DNA of 64,000 nucleotides from an uncultured Gemmatimonadaceae bacterium (GCA_963817955.1 CAWFQK010000004.1:832001-896000), one strand, 5' to 3'; shown: positions 29,514 through 40,224, counted from the first letter of the stretch. Numbers and translations: made by a program. The notes: a model not told the origin generated them from the letters alone.

Positions 29514-32500
29514 TCATGGGTTCGGCGCATTGATTCGCCTGAAGTACTCCAGGATCGACCGGCGCTCCTCGGCACTCAGTCCGCGTAGCTCGTCCCACGT
29601 GGGCTCGCGGAACCGGGCGACGGCGCGGCCGGTGGCGTTCGTGTTTTCCGGCTTCAACTCGTTGCCACCCTTGGCCGATGTCGCTTCACGTTTGTTCGTA
29701 TCGTCGCGCTCATCCTTCTGCAGCGAGTGGCCCGCATCGAGCAAACGGCGGAAGAGTTGCTGCTGGCGAGCGAGCGTGGACGCATCGAGCCGTCCGCCCT
29801 CGAGCGCTTCGGCGAGACGCTTGGCATCCTTCGCCAACTGCGCCGCCTTATCGCCGCCTGCGGCTTCGCCCAACTCGTCCAGTTGGGATGCGACCTGCCG
29901 CTGCTCGCGCGCGAGCACGCGCGCCGTCGCTTGCATGGACGCCGACATCGGCTGGCCCATGCCCGGCATCAGTCCCTGCGCCTGGGCGTTGATCGACCCC
30001 TGCTTCTTTGCCATCTCCTGCATCTGCTGGAGCATCTCGGCGAATCCCGTGGCCGAGCTCGACGTGTTCGCCTTTTCTCGATCGCGCGCCAGCGATGCCG
30101 CCGCACGGTTGAGCGCATCCGCCGCATCGCCGAGCGCGCTCGCTGTTTGCTGCGAGGCGCGCGCGTCAGCCGTGGACTGCATTCCTTCCGACACCTTTTG
30201 CTGCGCCTCGGACACGGCGCGCTGCGAGCGGCCGGACAGTAATGACGTCTTCTGACCTTCCTGTTGAAGCTTCTGCGCGGCGTTGTCGAGTCCCTGTTTC
30301 ACGGCGCTCTGTGCACCGCGCATCTCCTCCGGCTTCGCCTGTCCCGACTTGGCGTTCTGCTCGAGCTGCTGCTCCTGGCGGGCCATCTGTAGCATTTCCT
30401 GAATCGCCTGATCGAGCGCGTTCGTCAGCTCCGATTTCCACTCATTCACCTGCGACTCGCGCGCCTGCTTCATCGCGTCGGACGCGCGCTCCATCTGCGA
30501 CGCGGCGTCACGTGCACGCTGCTCCATTCCCTGCTCACCCGGCTGCTGCGCTCCACTCCCCTGCTTTGACTCACCTGGTTGGCTCTGTTGCTGGCCCGAC
30601 TGCTTCTGTGCACCACCATTCTGCGCACCACCATTCTGCGCCTGTGACTTGTCGGCCTGGGCCCCCTGCTTGTCCTGGCCGGCCGCTTGTCGCATGGCGT
30701 CCTCGGATGCGGCAGCGTGTTGCTGCGCCTCCTTTGTGTTTGACGCGCCGGCATTGGCGTTGTCCTTCTCCAATCGGTCCTGCAGCTTCTTCAATTCGTC
30801 GCTGAAACGTTGAGACCGATCGGCGAGTTGCTTGGCGTCGGCTTTCCGCGACTCGACCGCGTTGCCGCCTGCCGAGTCGGCGAGCGAGCGATCCTTCTCG
30901 GAAATATCCTTCGCTTCGTCCTTGAGCGTCTGCATTGCGCCCTCGAGCGCGGCGCGCTTGAGCATCTCGGCGCTCTTCTCGAGTTGCTCGCGCAGCTTCT
31001 GCTGCATGGCCTGGAGATCTTGGAGCGACTGCTGCGCCTGATCGCGCGACAACTGTTGTGTCGCGTTCTCCAGCTTCTGCATCTGCGCGAGGAGCTCCGG
31101 CGTCAGCGCATCGCGCAGCATGGACTGCGCTTCCTGGAATTGCCGAGCCAGGCTGCTATCGAGTGCACCAGCCTGTTTGAGCTGCTGCTCGAGCGCGGCG
31201 GCGGTCTGTTGGAGGTTCTTTACCTGTTCAGCCAATTCGCGCTGATCCTTCGCGACGGCCTTGGCCTTCTCGGCGGCCTCGTAGCTCAGCGAACCCAGTT
31301 TGTCGTCGCCCACGGCGTTGCTGGACGCGTCGGGCGAGGTACCGCGCCGGCTACGATCACGGGCTGCGTCACTCGTGCGCTGCTGCAGCGATTTCTCCGC
31401 CTGCGCGGCGGCACGGACCTGGCTCACCGCCGAGTCCATAGAGGCGCGGACGAGAGCGCGGCGCTCCTCCATGGTGGGAATCTTGAGCAGCACTTCACGG
31501 CTCTCTCCACGCTGCGCCCACGGCGAGTTGTCGATGGCGACGATCTTTACGTGCAGCGCATCGCCGGGTTTGAGGGCGCGTTGCGCCAAGTCGAGCACAG
31601 TGGCCCCACTCCACACCGCCAACAGCTGCCCACCGAGCGGCTGCGATTGGGACTGCACGGCGCCACCCTGTTTCCAGCTGACGACATCCACGCGCGACAG
31701 GCCGTGGTCGTCACTCGCCGTCGCCCGCAACGTGATCTTGTCGTCACCCGCCACGATCGTGTCGGTCGCCGGCGACACGAGCTCCACGTGCGGCGCGGAG
31801 TCCACGACCACGTCGAGCTCGACGGGAGCCGGCACATCCGTGATCGGCCCCGTGGCCCCACTCGCCAGCCACGCGTAATGCCCGCTCTTCCGCGCCTCGA
31901 ATCGTCCGCCAAATGTGTGGTCGTTCACGCGCAACACAATGGTGTCCGTCGCCGTCGTCAGGCGAACGTCGCGAAGCGACGTCGATGCGCGTCCGCTCAT
32001 CTCAATGCTCGTGCCCTGCGGCACGCGCGCCGGCTCGCCAACGGGCAGACTCTCCGCTGCGCGCCCGAGGTACGACGGATATGTCGCGCGCATCGCCACG
32101 GCACCAACGAAGGGACGATCGGTGACACGCACCAGCGCCGTGTCGGTCGTGGAACGGCCGTCCGTCGCCACGATCGTGAGATCGCCTCGCAGCGGTCCCA
32201 CTTCCATTGACGCGAGCCCGGTGCGCGGATCGACACTCACCGTCTGCGCGGCCCAGGCTTCGCCGGGCATGCGCTTTGACAGTACGATCGTGGTGCGCCG
32301 CGGCGCCGCAATCTGTAGGCGAAGCGTTTCCCCGCGCAGCGCGGCGGGCGGCAAATTCGCGAAGCTGATCTTTGGCAGAAGCGTACCCTGCCACGCGCGC
32401 ACGGGCTTGAGAATCGCGAGCAGACCATCGTTGTAGGCTGGCGCGGCGAACCCCAGCGCCGCGACCGCCACTGTCGCCACGCCCGTCGCTTGCCAGGCGC

Positions 32501-32924
32501 CACGGCGCGCGGCGCGTTGCTCGGCGGGCACCAGACGCAGGCCACCCGGCCCGAGTTGCTGGACGACGGCCGCAGCCGCGCGGCGGCCAAGCGCGCCGCT
32601 GTTCGCTACTTCCATTGCGCCACGCAACGCCCCCGCGCGCAACGACTGCTCGCGCTCGATTGCCGCAGCGACATTATGGCGTCCCGTTCGGCGGTCGAGC
32701 TGGCGCACGGTCCAACGCACCACGACCACATCCACGCCGAGCACGACCAGCCAGACGATGAACGGCACGGCGCGCGGCAGCGTGAGCCAGCGCGCGCTGC
32801 CCAGCGCCGATGCACCGAGCGCGAGCAGGAGACATGTCGCGCCGACCGTCAGCGCACCGCCGACAAGCAGGTGCGCGTGGCGCAACCGTGTCCGCTCGCG
32901 ATCGACGAGTTCGACGATTGTCAT
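29514..32924 (-). CDS. DUF4175-like membrane protein with Ig-like region and long Gln-rich coiled coil
   Basis: Three N-terminal TMs, ASDDHGLS motif, extensive Q/E/A coiled coil, C-terminal ILEYFRRIN. Confidence 0.78.
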   Translation of the reverse strand: MTIVELVDRERTRLRHAHLLVGGALTVGATCLLLALGASALGSARWLTLPRAVPFIVWLVVLGVDVVVVRWTVRQLDRRTGRHNVAAAIEREQSLRAGALRGAMEVANSGALGRRAAAAVVQQLGPGGLRLVPAEQRAARRGAWQATGVATVAVAALGFAAPAYNDGLLAILKPVRAWQGTLLPKISFANLPPAALRGETLRLQIAAPRRTTIVLSKRMPGEAWAAQTVSVDPRTGLASMEVGPLRGDLTIVATDGRSTTDTALVRVTDRPFVGAVAMRATYPSYLGRAAESLPVGEPARVPQGTSIEMSGRASTSLRDVRLTTATDTIVLRVNDHTFGGRFEARKSGHYAWLASGATGPITDVPAPVELDVVVDSAPHVELVSPATDTIVAGDDKITLRATASDDHGLSRVDVVSWKQGGAVQSQSQPLGGQLLAVWSGATVLDLAQRALKPGDALHVKIVAIDNSPWAQRGESREVLLKIPTMEERRALVRASMDSAVSQVRAAAQAEKSLQQRTSDAARDRSRRGTSPDASSNAVGDDKLGSLSYEAAEKAKAVAKDQRELAEQVKNLQQTAAALEQQLKQAGALDSSLARQFQEAQSMLRDALTPELLAQMQKLENATQQLSRDQAQQSLQDLQAMQQKLREQLEKSAEMLKRAALEGAMQTLKDEAKDISEKDRSLADSAGGNAVESRKADAKQLADRSQRFSDELKKLQDRLEKDNANAGASNTKEAQQHAAASEDAMRQAAGQDKQGAQADKSQAQNGGAQNGGAQKQSGQQQSQPGESKQGSGAQQPGEQGMEQRARDAASQMERASDAMKQARESQVNEWKSELTNALDQAIQEMLQMARQEQQLEQNAKSGQAKPEEMRGAQSAVKQGLDNAAQKLQQEGQKTSLLSGRSQRAVSEAQQKVSEGMQSTADARASQQTASALGDAADALNRAAASLARDREKANTSSSATGFAEMLQQMQEMAKKQGSINAQAQGLMPGMGQPMSASMQATARVLAREQRQVASQLDELGEAAGGDKAAQLAKDAKRLAEALEGGRLDASTLARQQQLFRRLLDAGHSLQKDERDDTNKREATSAKGGNELKPENTNATGRAVARFREPTWDELRGLSAEERRSILEYFRRINAPNP

Positions 32925-33607
32925 GGTGTCGGCCGGCTCGTCACGGCGTAAACGAACAGGTTCACGCCCATGCGTAGCGCGGCTTCGTGGAGCTCCGGCG
33001 GATCGTGATAGACCTCGGGATCTTCCCATCCGTTTCCGAGATCACTCGAGAAGCTGTAGTACACCGCGAGACGGTCGCCGAGGAAAATACCGAAGCCGCG
33101 CGCCGGAAGTCCGTCGTGCTCGTGGATCTTCGGAATGCCTTTCGGCATGTCGTAGACGATGTGGTAGATCGGGTGCGACAGCGGCACGTCCACCAGTGGT
33201 CGGTCGGGGTACACGCGCTTGATCTCGCGACGGAAGCTCTCATCGAGACCATAATTGTCATCGACGTGCAGAAATCCGCCGCGCCGCAGATATTCGCGAA
33301 GGCGCAGGACCTCGGCATCGCTGAAATGAATGTTGCCGTGGCCAGTGACGTGGATGAACGGGTAATCCCACAGCTTGTCATCCATCAGCGTGACGCGTGC
33401 CTCGGTCTTGTCCACCTGCAGCGAGGTCCGTTGGCGGATGGCGGCAAGCAGATTCGGCAAACTGGATGGATTGGCATACCAATCTCCGCCGCCGTCGTAC
33501 TGGAGCCGCGCGATCGTCAGAATTGGTGGATTCGGGCGCGCGCCGGCGAGCGGCAGCACTGCTACCAGGGCGAGCATGCACCAGCGACGACCGAACGACA
33601 GTCTCAT
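32921..33607 (-). CDS. DUF4159 domain protein
   Basis: ARLQYDGGGDWYANPSSL, TGHG, GGFLHVDDNYG, DLGNGWED, ALRMGVN. Confidence 0.88.
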   Translation of the reverse strand: MRLSFGRRWCMLALVAVLPLAGARPNPPILTIARLQYDGGGDWYANPSSLPNLLAAIRQRTSLQVDKTEARVTLMDDKLWDYPFIHVTGHGNIHFSDAEVLRLREYLRRGGFLHVDDNYGLDESFRREIKRVYPDRPLVDVPLSHPIYHIVYDMPKGIPKIHEHDGLPARGFGIFLGDRLAVYYSFSSDLGNGWEDPEVYHDPPELHEAALRMGVNLFVYAVTSRPTP

Positions 33608-34472
33608 TCTGCTTCCTCTTCTCCACCCCGATCCTGCGCCATCTTGTACGCTAGTCGCTTGGGGACACCAAGCTCCTCCGCCACGATTGCCGCCACATCA
33701 CGGCTGCTCATGCCTTGGGCGCGTAGCGTACGCACTCGCTGCCGAACGAGATCGTCGCTCGCCGCCTCCCGTATGGCAGCGCCAAGCACGACCACGACTT
33801 CGCCACGAGGTGGATGTTCCTCGTAGTACGCGCGGAGCTCGGCAACTGTTCCTCGACGCACCTCTTCGTACTGCTTCGTCATTTCGCGGGCCACCGCGGC
33901 CTTCCGGCTTCCGTTTCCTGCGCCCTCGAGTTCGGCGAGCGTCTCTGCAACGCGATTCGGGGCTTCGTACAGCACGGCCGTATGACGCAGCGTCGAGATC
34001 TCGTCGAGGGTAGTGCGCCGTTCATTCCCGGTGCGCGCGAGGAAGCCGAAGAACGTGAACCGGTCGACGTCGAGCCCCGACGCGACGAGCGCGGCGAGCA
34101 GTGCCGACGCGCCCGGAATTGGCGCGACGCGACACCAGCCTCGATGGCGGCGGTCACGAGCCGCGATCCGGGATCGGAGAACAACGGCGTGCCGGCGTCG
34201 GATATCAGCGCCAGCGAATCGCCGGCGCACAAGCGAGCGACGAGGCCTGGGGTCATCTTCGCCTCGTTGTGCTCGTGATAGGCAACGCTCGGTGTCGCGA
34301 TACCGTACCGATCGAGCAGGTGGCGCGTGTGCCGCGTGTCCTCGGCCAGGATGAGGCCAACAGACTTCAGCGTCTCGATGGCGCGGAAAGAAAAATCCCC
34401 CATGTTGCCGATGGGGGTGCTGACGACATAGAGCGTTCCGGCGGCGGCCGGCTCCGTTACATCACTTTCCAC
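33604..34472 (-). CDS. rsmI: 16S rRNA (cytidine1402-2'-O)-methyltransferase; 1-nt frameshift near 34132
   Basis: GTLYVVSTPIGN, AEDTRHT, ISDAGTP..SDPG in one frame; PIPGASA, YEAPNR, AREMTKQYEE in the next. Confidence 0.92.
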
Positions 34473-35434
34473 GGCAGCTGATCGTAAAGGCCAGCCGACT
34501 GGAACATGTGCCGTCGATCCCACGTCAGCTCCTTGAGCAGATCGGCGGGCGAGGTCGCGTCGTGATCGACGGCGGTCCACATGACCTCGCGAATCAACGC
34601 GGCGATTCCGAGCGTGATGCCTACCGTATCGGCGAGCGGGTCCTTCGTGGGACGTCCGGAGAATGAGAACCCCTCGAGCGACGGGTGCGCCACGATCAGC
34701 CTCTGGCGTGCGTGCTCGGCAATGGCGGGCGCGCTGTCACGCCCCTGCTCCACGAGCCGCTGCACGAGGGCTGACGCGAGATCGCGGTACGCCTGGATGA
34801 GCGCGGGCGGTGCTTGAACAGGCAGAGGGTTGGGAACACCCCAGCGCGAGACGCGCAGATCGCCGACACGGCCCTCGCGCCCAAAGAGCTTGGCGACGCG
34901 ATCGACCACTGTGCCATGAAGCGCAGTCGCGAGAAAAGCGCGCGCCACGCTGCCGTTGCTGTACGCCAGATAGTTGACGTTGTCGTTGGCGATGATCTCG
35001 ATGATGCCGTCGAACGTCGTAGACATGAGATAGGGGAAGAGCGCCGCCGGGTTGTGCGGCACCATTGACCCCGGCCACGGTTCAGGCGCCATCGACTGCG
35101 TGGCGAACATACAGGCGAGCTGTTCCTCATCTGCCTCGTGGAAGCAGATCTCACCGTATTCCGGCTCCGGCGGCACCTTGTCGATCGCCTCCGCGATCGA
35201 CAGCGCCCTGGCGCCGCGTGCGTCGAGCACCGTCGCATTTGCCACTTCGCCGTCAAGCAAGTAGAGCATCACCAGCTCGTCGGGCAGCGACACGGCGACG
35301 TACCCCGAGATGCGCGCAGCGCGATCACGCTTGGCGTCGGTCAGGAGGTTGCGCAAGTGGACGTACGCCAGCCGCGTTCGAGGCAGCACGACGCGACTAT
35401 GCGGAAATCGAAGACCGGCGGGCGAGGCGGGCAT
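34457..35434 (-). CDS. Hypothetical protein with two DUF4388/PATAN-like repeats
   Basis: Internal duplication GYVAV...LYLLDGEVANA / GIIEI...LAYSNGSVARA. Confidence 0.6.
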   Translation of the reverse strand: MPASPAGLRFPHSRVVLPRTRLAYVHLRNLLTDAKRDRAARISGYVAVSLPDELVMLYLLDGEVANATVLDARGARALSIAEAIDKVPPEPEYGEICFHEADEEQLACMFATQSMAPEPWPGSMVPHNPAALFPYLMSTTFDGIIEIIANDNVNYLAYSNGSVARAFLATALHGTVVDRVAKLFGREGRVGDLRVSRWGVPNPLPVQAPPALIQAYRDLASALVQRLVEQGRDSAPAIAEHARQRLIVAHPSLEGFSFSGRPTKDPLADTVGITLGIAALIREVMWTAVDHDATSPADLLKELTWDRRHMFQSAGLYDQLPWKVM

Positions 35435-35486
35435 GGATACTCAGAAGATCATGCCCGGGACTGAGATTGGCTAGAAGGAACCGAGT

Positions 35487-35813
35487 CTATGCCGTGTGCT
35501 GCTGCACCTTCGACTCGATCTTCGACTTCGGCACGGCGCCGATGATCTGATCGACCACCTTGCCGTCCTTGAAGAACAACAACGTAGGGATGGAACGGAC
35601 GTTGAAGCGCGAGCCGGTCTTGATGTTCGCATCCACGTCCAGTTTGGTGACCTTCAGCGTGCCCTGATATTCCGTTGCGAGCTGATCGAGAATCGGCGCG
35701 ATCATGCGGCACGGGCCGCACCAGGTCGCCCAGAAGTCCACGATGGTCAACCCATCGTTCTTCTCGACCTCTTGCTCGAAGTTGGCGTCATTTACGGCGA
35801 TCACGTTCGACAT
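35487..35813 (-). CDS. trxA: Thioredoxin
   Basis: VDFWATWCGPCRMIAP, SIPTL. Confidence 0.97.
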   Translation of the reverse strand: MSNVIAVNDANFEQEVEKNDGLTIVDFWATWCGPCRMIAPILDQLATEYQGTLKVTKLDVDANIKTGSRFNVRSIPTLLFFKDGKVVDQIIGAVPKSKIESKVQQHTA

Positions 35814-35888
35814 GAATGCTTCTCTCTGTGGTGGCCTCTGATAATTTACCCGCGCGCCCAAGCCCTCCAACGCCCGGAGTATTCCTCG

Positions 35889-36299
35889 ATGCAAGAACGT
35901 TCCAGCCGCGGCACCCAGATCGCCCACATCGGCATAGCCGTGCGCGGTCTCGATGACAGCGTGTCCTTTTACCGCGACGTACTCGGGCTAGCCGACGTCC
36001 CGATGGACGACGCCGACGGTGCAAAGATCGTCGGCTTGGCCGCCGGGCCATCGCTCGTCGAGCTCCTCGAGGCCCAGTCGCCCGACTCGCCGATTGGAAC
36101 GTTCGTCGCCAAGCGCGGACCCGGCATCCACCACGTCTGCTTCGCGGTCGACGATCTGAACGCCACCCTCGACCGGTGCCGGACGCACGGGATTCGTCTC
36201 ATCGATGAAACGCCGCGCATTGGCGCCGAGGGGAAACGCATCGCCTTTCTGCATCCCGCATCGACGTCAGGCGTACTCGTCGAGTTGACCGAGCACTGA
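35889..36299 (+). CDS. mce: Methylmalonyl-CoA epimerase
   Basis: IAHIGIAV, VELLE, KRGPGIHHVCF, AFLHP..T.GVLVEL. Confidence 0.9.
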   Translation: MQERSSRGTQIAHIGIAVRGLDDSVSFYRDVLGLADVPMDDADGAKIVGLAAGPSLVELLEAQSPDSPIGTFVAKRGPGIHHVCFAVDDLNATLDRCRTHGIRLIDETPRIGAEGKRIAFLHPASTSGVLVELTEH

Positions 36300-36304
36300 C
36301 GCCG

Positions 36305-36757
36305 TCAGCTGCGGTGGGAGCAGATCTGCTGCAGCGCCTGCAAGTCGAAGCTCTTGACGAACCACCGATCCGCCGGTCCGCGCACGACTTCGAAGTTGGA
36401 TGACTGGCTGATCGTGCCAAACGTCAGGTTGACCACGATGGCACGGTTGCCACCCGGATTCGGCGCTTCCCCGACAATGTCATAGCGGTCGTGACGCAGA
36501 CACATCATCATGATCAACTCACGTTTCTCCAGCTCGTCGCGCGGCAGTGCGTCGCGAGCCGGTCCATCCGGGCCGCCCCATATGGCACCCATGGCCTGGA
36601 GATCCTGTTGTTTGGCCGCGGTCATGAAGCCGCGCACGGCACTCACGGCGTCGGCCGCACCGGTCTGATTCCCCGACAGCACAGGCGACGATGACGTTCC
36701 CGGCGGCGACGAATGGCAGGCCGCGAGGAGCACGACGCCCATGATAAGTTTCTTCAC
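36305..36757 (-). CDS. Hypothetical lipoprotein (NTF2-like)
   Basis: GTG start, lipobox LAAC, AVRGFM.A...DL.AM..IWG. Confidence 0.75.
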   Translation of the reverse strand: MKKLIMGVVLLAACHSSPPGTSSSPVLSGNQTGAADAVSAVRGFMTAAKQQDLQAMGAIWGGPDGPARDALPRDELEKRELIMMMCLRHDRYDIVGEAPNPGGNRAIVVNLTFGTISQSSNFEVVRGPADRWFVKSFDLQALQQICSHRS

Positions 36758-36835
36758 TCGAACCTCTCGATCAGCGTGGTTCCAACAACACGTCGCGTTT
36801 CTACCGCAGCAACGGCTCAGGAGGTCCGCGGCACC

Positions 36836-37561
36836 ATGCGTCAGCGACTCTACATCAACATCGATCATATCGCGACGCTTCGCCAAGCGCGGCGCGGCGC
36901 GGAACCCGACCCGATTGCCGGCGCCGCCGTGTGTGAGCGTGCCGGCGCGGATGGCATTACCGCGCATCTCCGCGAAGACCGCCGGCATATTCAGGACGAC
37001 GACATCGAGCGGCTCGCCACATCCGTCCTGACCGTCCTCAACCTGGAGATGGCCTGCACCGACGAGATGCTCGCCATTGCCGAGCGCTTGCGGCCTCACC
37101 AAGTGACGTTCGTTCCCGAGCGCCGCGAGGAGATCACGACGGAAGGAGGGCTCGACGTCGCACGCAACGACGGGCGGCTCGCTGAGGGGCTGGCGCGGAT
37201 GAACGTCGCGGGCATTCGGACGAGCCTCTTCATCGGGCCCGATCTCGAGGCGGTTGACCGCTCGCGCGCGCTCGGCGCCGCGGCGATCGAACTCCACACC
37301 GGCCAGTATGCGAACGCCGCCCTCGACCCGGCGACGCTCGGTGCATTGCGTGACGCGTCGAGACACGGCGCGTCGATTGGATTGGCGGTGCACGCGGGAC
37401 ACGGGTTGACGGTGGCGAACGTCGGGCCGGTGGCGGCGATCCCGGAAATCGAGGAGCTGAACATTGGCCATTCAGTGATCGGGCGCGCCATTTTCGTCGG
37501 TCTCGCGGAAGCAGTGCGCGAGCTGCGGCGAGCCATGGACGACGCCCGGGCGTCAACCTAA
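36836..37561 (+). CDS. pdxJ: Pyridoxine 5'-phosphate synthase
   Basis: [45 protein letters not shown]. Confidence 0.97.
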   Translation: MRQRLYINIDHIATLRQARRGAEPDPIAGAAVCERAGADGITAHLREDRRHIQDDDIERLATSVLTVLNLEMACTDEMLAIAERLRPHQVTFVPERREEITTEGGLDVARNDGRLAEGLARMNVAGIRTSLFIGPDLEAVDRSRALGAAAIELHTGQYANAALDPATLGALRDASRHGASIGLAVHAGHGLTVANVGPVAAIPEIEELNIGHSVIGRAIFVGLAEAVRELRRAMDDARAST

Positions 37562-37591
37562 CTTCGTCACGCGCACACCAACGGAGCGTGG

Positions 37592-39205
37592 ATGACCGGA
37601 GCCCCAGGATTTCTCGAGTTCTTCATTCTCGAAGCCAGCGACTACGTCGAGCAGCTTGACGGGCTGCTGCTCGGGGGTGGCTCCAGTGGTCCTGACCCCG
37701 ACGCGCTACAGCGCGTGGCGCGTGCATTGCGCGGCACGGCGACGATGGCCAAGCTGTCTTCATTCGCCGACGTCGCGGCGGGTCTGGAGCGCATCGGCCG
37801 CGCCATGCAGGAAGCGACGTTGGCCTGGAGCCCGTCGCTCGGCGGCGCGCTCGTCGCAACAGTCGACGATCTGAAGACCCTGCTCCACGCCGCGCGTACG
37901 TGGTCGCCAACGGAAGACCAGCGCGCCAACGCGCGCAGCACCGAGCTGTCTCGCTTCGCACCGCTGCGCACGCCAGCCGCAATACGCGCGGTCGGTGACG
38001 TGGACACGCCGGCCTCAGGATCCACCTTTTTCGCTACGGAAACCGCCAATATCGCTGCCGGACTCGAGTTGCTCACCACACGTCCGGGTGACCGCGATAC
38101 GGCGGCCAATGTGCTGCGCCGTATCCGCGCCCTGCGCGGTGTTGCCGGCGTTAAGGAAATCGGCCCGCTGGCCGACGCGCTTGAAGCAACCGAAGAGGCT
38201 GCGCGGGGACTCGAATGGGGCGACGAGCCGCTGGTGCCGGAAGCACGCGGCCTGCTCGAGAGCGCGGCGGCCTACCTGCGTGCGCTGTCTTCAGCGTTGC
38301 GGACCGGCGGGGCCATCGATATTGCCGGTCAGACGCGCGACAGCTTCATCGCCGCACAGGACGCATGGAACAATCGCGCCGGCGAACGCGACCGGGTGGT
38401 GCCGATCTCCCACCTCTTCTATTCGGACGGGACGCCCGGGCTCGTCCAGACAGATCAGAACCCGCCCACGTCGGCCTCCGAACGCTTCCGGCTGGAGTTG
38501 GTGAGCCTGGGCGAGCATTTGCGGCAAGTGGTAGACAGCGCGCGGCATGCGACCGACGCAGGCTCGTCGGCGCGTGCGAAGCGCGACCTCCGACGCGCGC
38601 TGATCGCCCTTCAGGCTGCGGCCGAGAGCTTTGATGAACTCGAGGTGGCCGCCTTCATTGGCACCCACATCGAGTCAACCCAGCGTCTGGATTTCCTCGG
38701 GCTGGCCGCGCTCGAGGATCTGGCCGCCATGCTCGCCGATCCTGGGACGCAGGGCGAACGCCTTCGCGAACGCGTGCATGACATCGGAACCCATCGCGAC
38801 CTGACCCGCTCGATCGGGGCTGGGTTCGGCGGCGCAGCGCCTGCGCCTGTCGCGACACTCGTGACAGCACCCGTCGCTCCACCTATTGTCGCACCAACGG
38901 TCGCGACACCCGTCGCGCCCGTCGTGCCACCGCCAGTGCTCATCCAGTCGCTTGACTACTCGAGTGCAGACCTGATCGACTCGAGCATCGCGGCGCTGGA
39001 GGCGATGAACGCGCATCCATTCGCGGAGCCCGTGACGCTTCCAGAGGACGCGGTGGTGCCCATCGAGACGCTCCTCTATCGTGGGAGGAACGCTCTCGAC
39101 CGAGCCGTGGAGATCCGCGATGACCTGCGCCGCCATGGTGCGACTTCCGATCTGGTCGCGCTCGAGGAGTTGTTCGATCTCCTCGAGTTGGCACGGGCGG
39201 AGTAA
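37592..39205 (+). CDS. Protein with tandem Hpt-like domains lacking the phospho-accepting His
   Basis: FFILEASDYVEQLD...RVARALRGTATM; FFATETANI...RRIRALRGVAGV. Confidence 0.65.
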   Translation: MTGAPGFLEFFILEASDYVEQLDGLLLGGGSSGPDPDALQRVARALRGTATMAKLSSFADVAAGLERIGRAMQEATLAWSPSLGGALVATVDDLKTLLHAARTWSPTEDQRANARSTELSRFAPLRTPAAIRAVGDVDTPASGSTFFATETANIAAGLELLTTRPGDRDTAANVLRRIRALRGVAGVKEIGPLADALEATEEAARGLEWGDEPLVPEARGLLESAAAYLRALSSALRTGGAIDIAGQTRDSFIAAQDAWNNRAGERDRVVPISHLFYSDGTPGLVQTDQNPPTSASERFRLELVSLGEHLRQVVDSARHATDAGSSARAKRDLRRALIALQAAAESFDELEVAAFIGTHIESTQRLDFLGLAALEDLAAMLADPGTQGERLRERVHDIGTHRDLTRSIGAGFGGAAPAPVATLVTAPVAPPIVAPTVATPVAPVVPPPVLIQSLDYSSADLIDSSIAALEAMNAHPFAEPVTLPEDAVVPIETLLYRGRNALDRAVEIRDDLRRHGATSDLVALEELFDLLELARAE

Positions 39206-39210
39206 GTCAG

Positions 39211-40224
39211 ATGAAGTTCGGCTGGCGTGGCGCGCTCGGGATCATCGTCAGCGCGGGGTTCCTGTACTTCGCGTTTCGAGACATCGAGTGGACCCGTTCA
39301 CTCCAGACAGCCAGGCACGCGAATTACTTCCTACTCATTTGCAGTGTCCTGGTAGCGACGGCAATGTTTCCGCTGCGCGCACGCCGGTGGCGGACGATTC
39401 TCGATCCAGTCGCGCCGAAATTGCCGTTCGGACCACTCTGGCGGTCAGTCTCGATTGGCGTGATGGTGACCAATGTCGTTCCGCTTCGTGCCGGCGAGCT
39501 GGCGCGCGCGTACGCGTTGACGCGAGAAATTCGATCGGTGAGCTTCTCGACCGCGATCGCGTCGATCGCTGTGGACCGCGTATTTGACGCGATCGTCGTG
39601 CTCCTGCTCCTCGCCGTAGGACTGCTGGCCGCGGGCTTCCCGGCCGGCACGACCATTAGGGGCTACTCCATCGCCCATGCCGCGACGCTGTTCGCCTTCG
39701 CGCCACTCGTGCTGCTCGTCGCGCTGTACACCCTCGTGTTCATTCCCACTACCCTCATCCGCCTGTTCGAATTGACGGCGCGGAAGGTGTCGCCAGTCGT
39801 GGAGCGACGGGGCAGCGAGATGCTCCGCCAGTTCGCCGACGGGCTGAGTGTGTTGCGCACGCCGGGCCACTTCATCGCGGTATTCGGGTGGACGCTGCTG
39901 CACTGGCTGGTGCAGCCCTTCGCGTTCTGGCTCGCATTCCTCGCCGTCGGCATTCATGTGCCATGGGGAGCAACGCTGATCGTGCAGGGCATCATCGTCC
40001 TTCTCGTCGCACTCCCCTCTGCACCCGGATTCTTCGGCACATTCGAGTACGGGGCCGGAATTGCGCTGGGGTTCTACGGAGTCAGCAACTCGGACGCCGC
40101 CACGTGGGCGCTGATTTTCCACGTCGCGACGTACATTCCGATCACGCTCATCGGGGCCCTCTACGCCGGTAGGCTCGGGCTCACCATGGGCGACATCGGC
40201 TCGGCTGGCGACCAGAGCGAATGA
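39211..40224 (+). CDS. Lysylphosphatidylglycerol synthase TM-domain (UPF0104) flippase-like protein
   Basis: RARRWR, NVVPLRAGELARAY, VDRVFD, PSAPGFFGTFE. Confidence 0.88.
   Translation: MKFGWRGALGIIVSAGFLYFAFRDIEWTRSLQTARHANYFLLICSVLVATAMFPLRARRWRTILDPVAPKLPFGPLWRSVSIGVMVTNVVPLRAGELARAYALTREIRSVSFSTAIASIAVDRVFDAIVVLLLLAVGLLAAGFPAGTTIRGYSIAHAATLFAFAPLVLLVALYTLVFIPTTLIRLFELTARKVSPVVERRGSEMLRQFADGLSVLRTPGHFIAVFGWTLLHWLVQPFAFWLAFLAVGIHVPWGATLIVQGIIVLLVALPSAPGFFGTFEYGAGIALGFYGVSNSDAATWALIFHVATYIPITLIGALYAGRLGLTMGDIGSAGDQSE

Noticed and set aside
30608..30642. 15-bp tandem repeat (AQNGG x2) in the DUF4175-like gene
   Set aside because: In-frame low-complexity linker; not a CRISPR array or mobile repeat.
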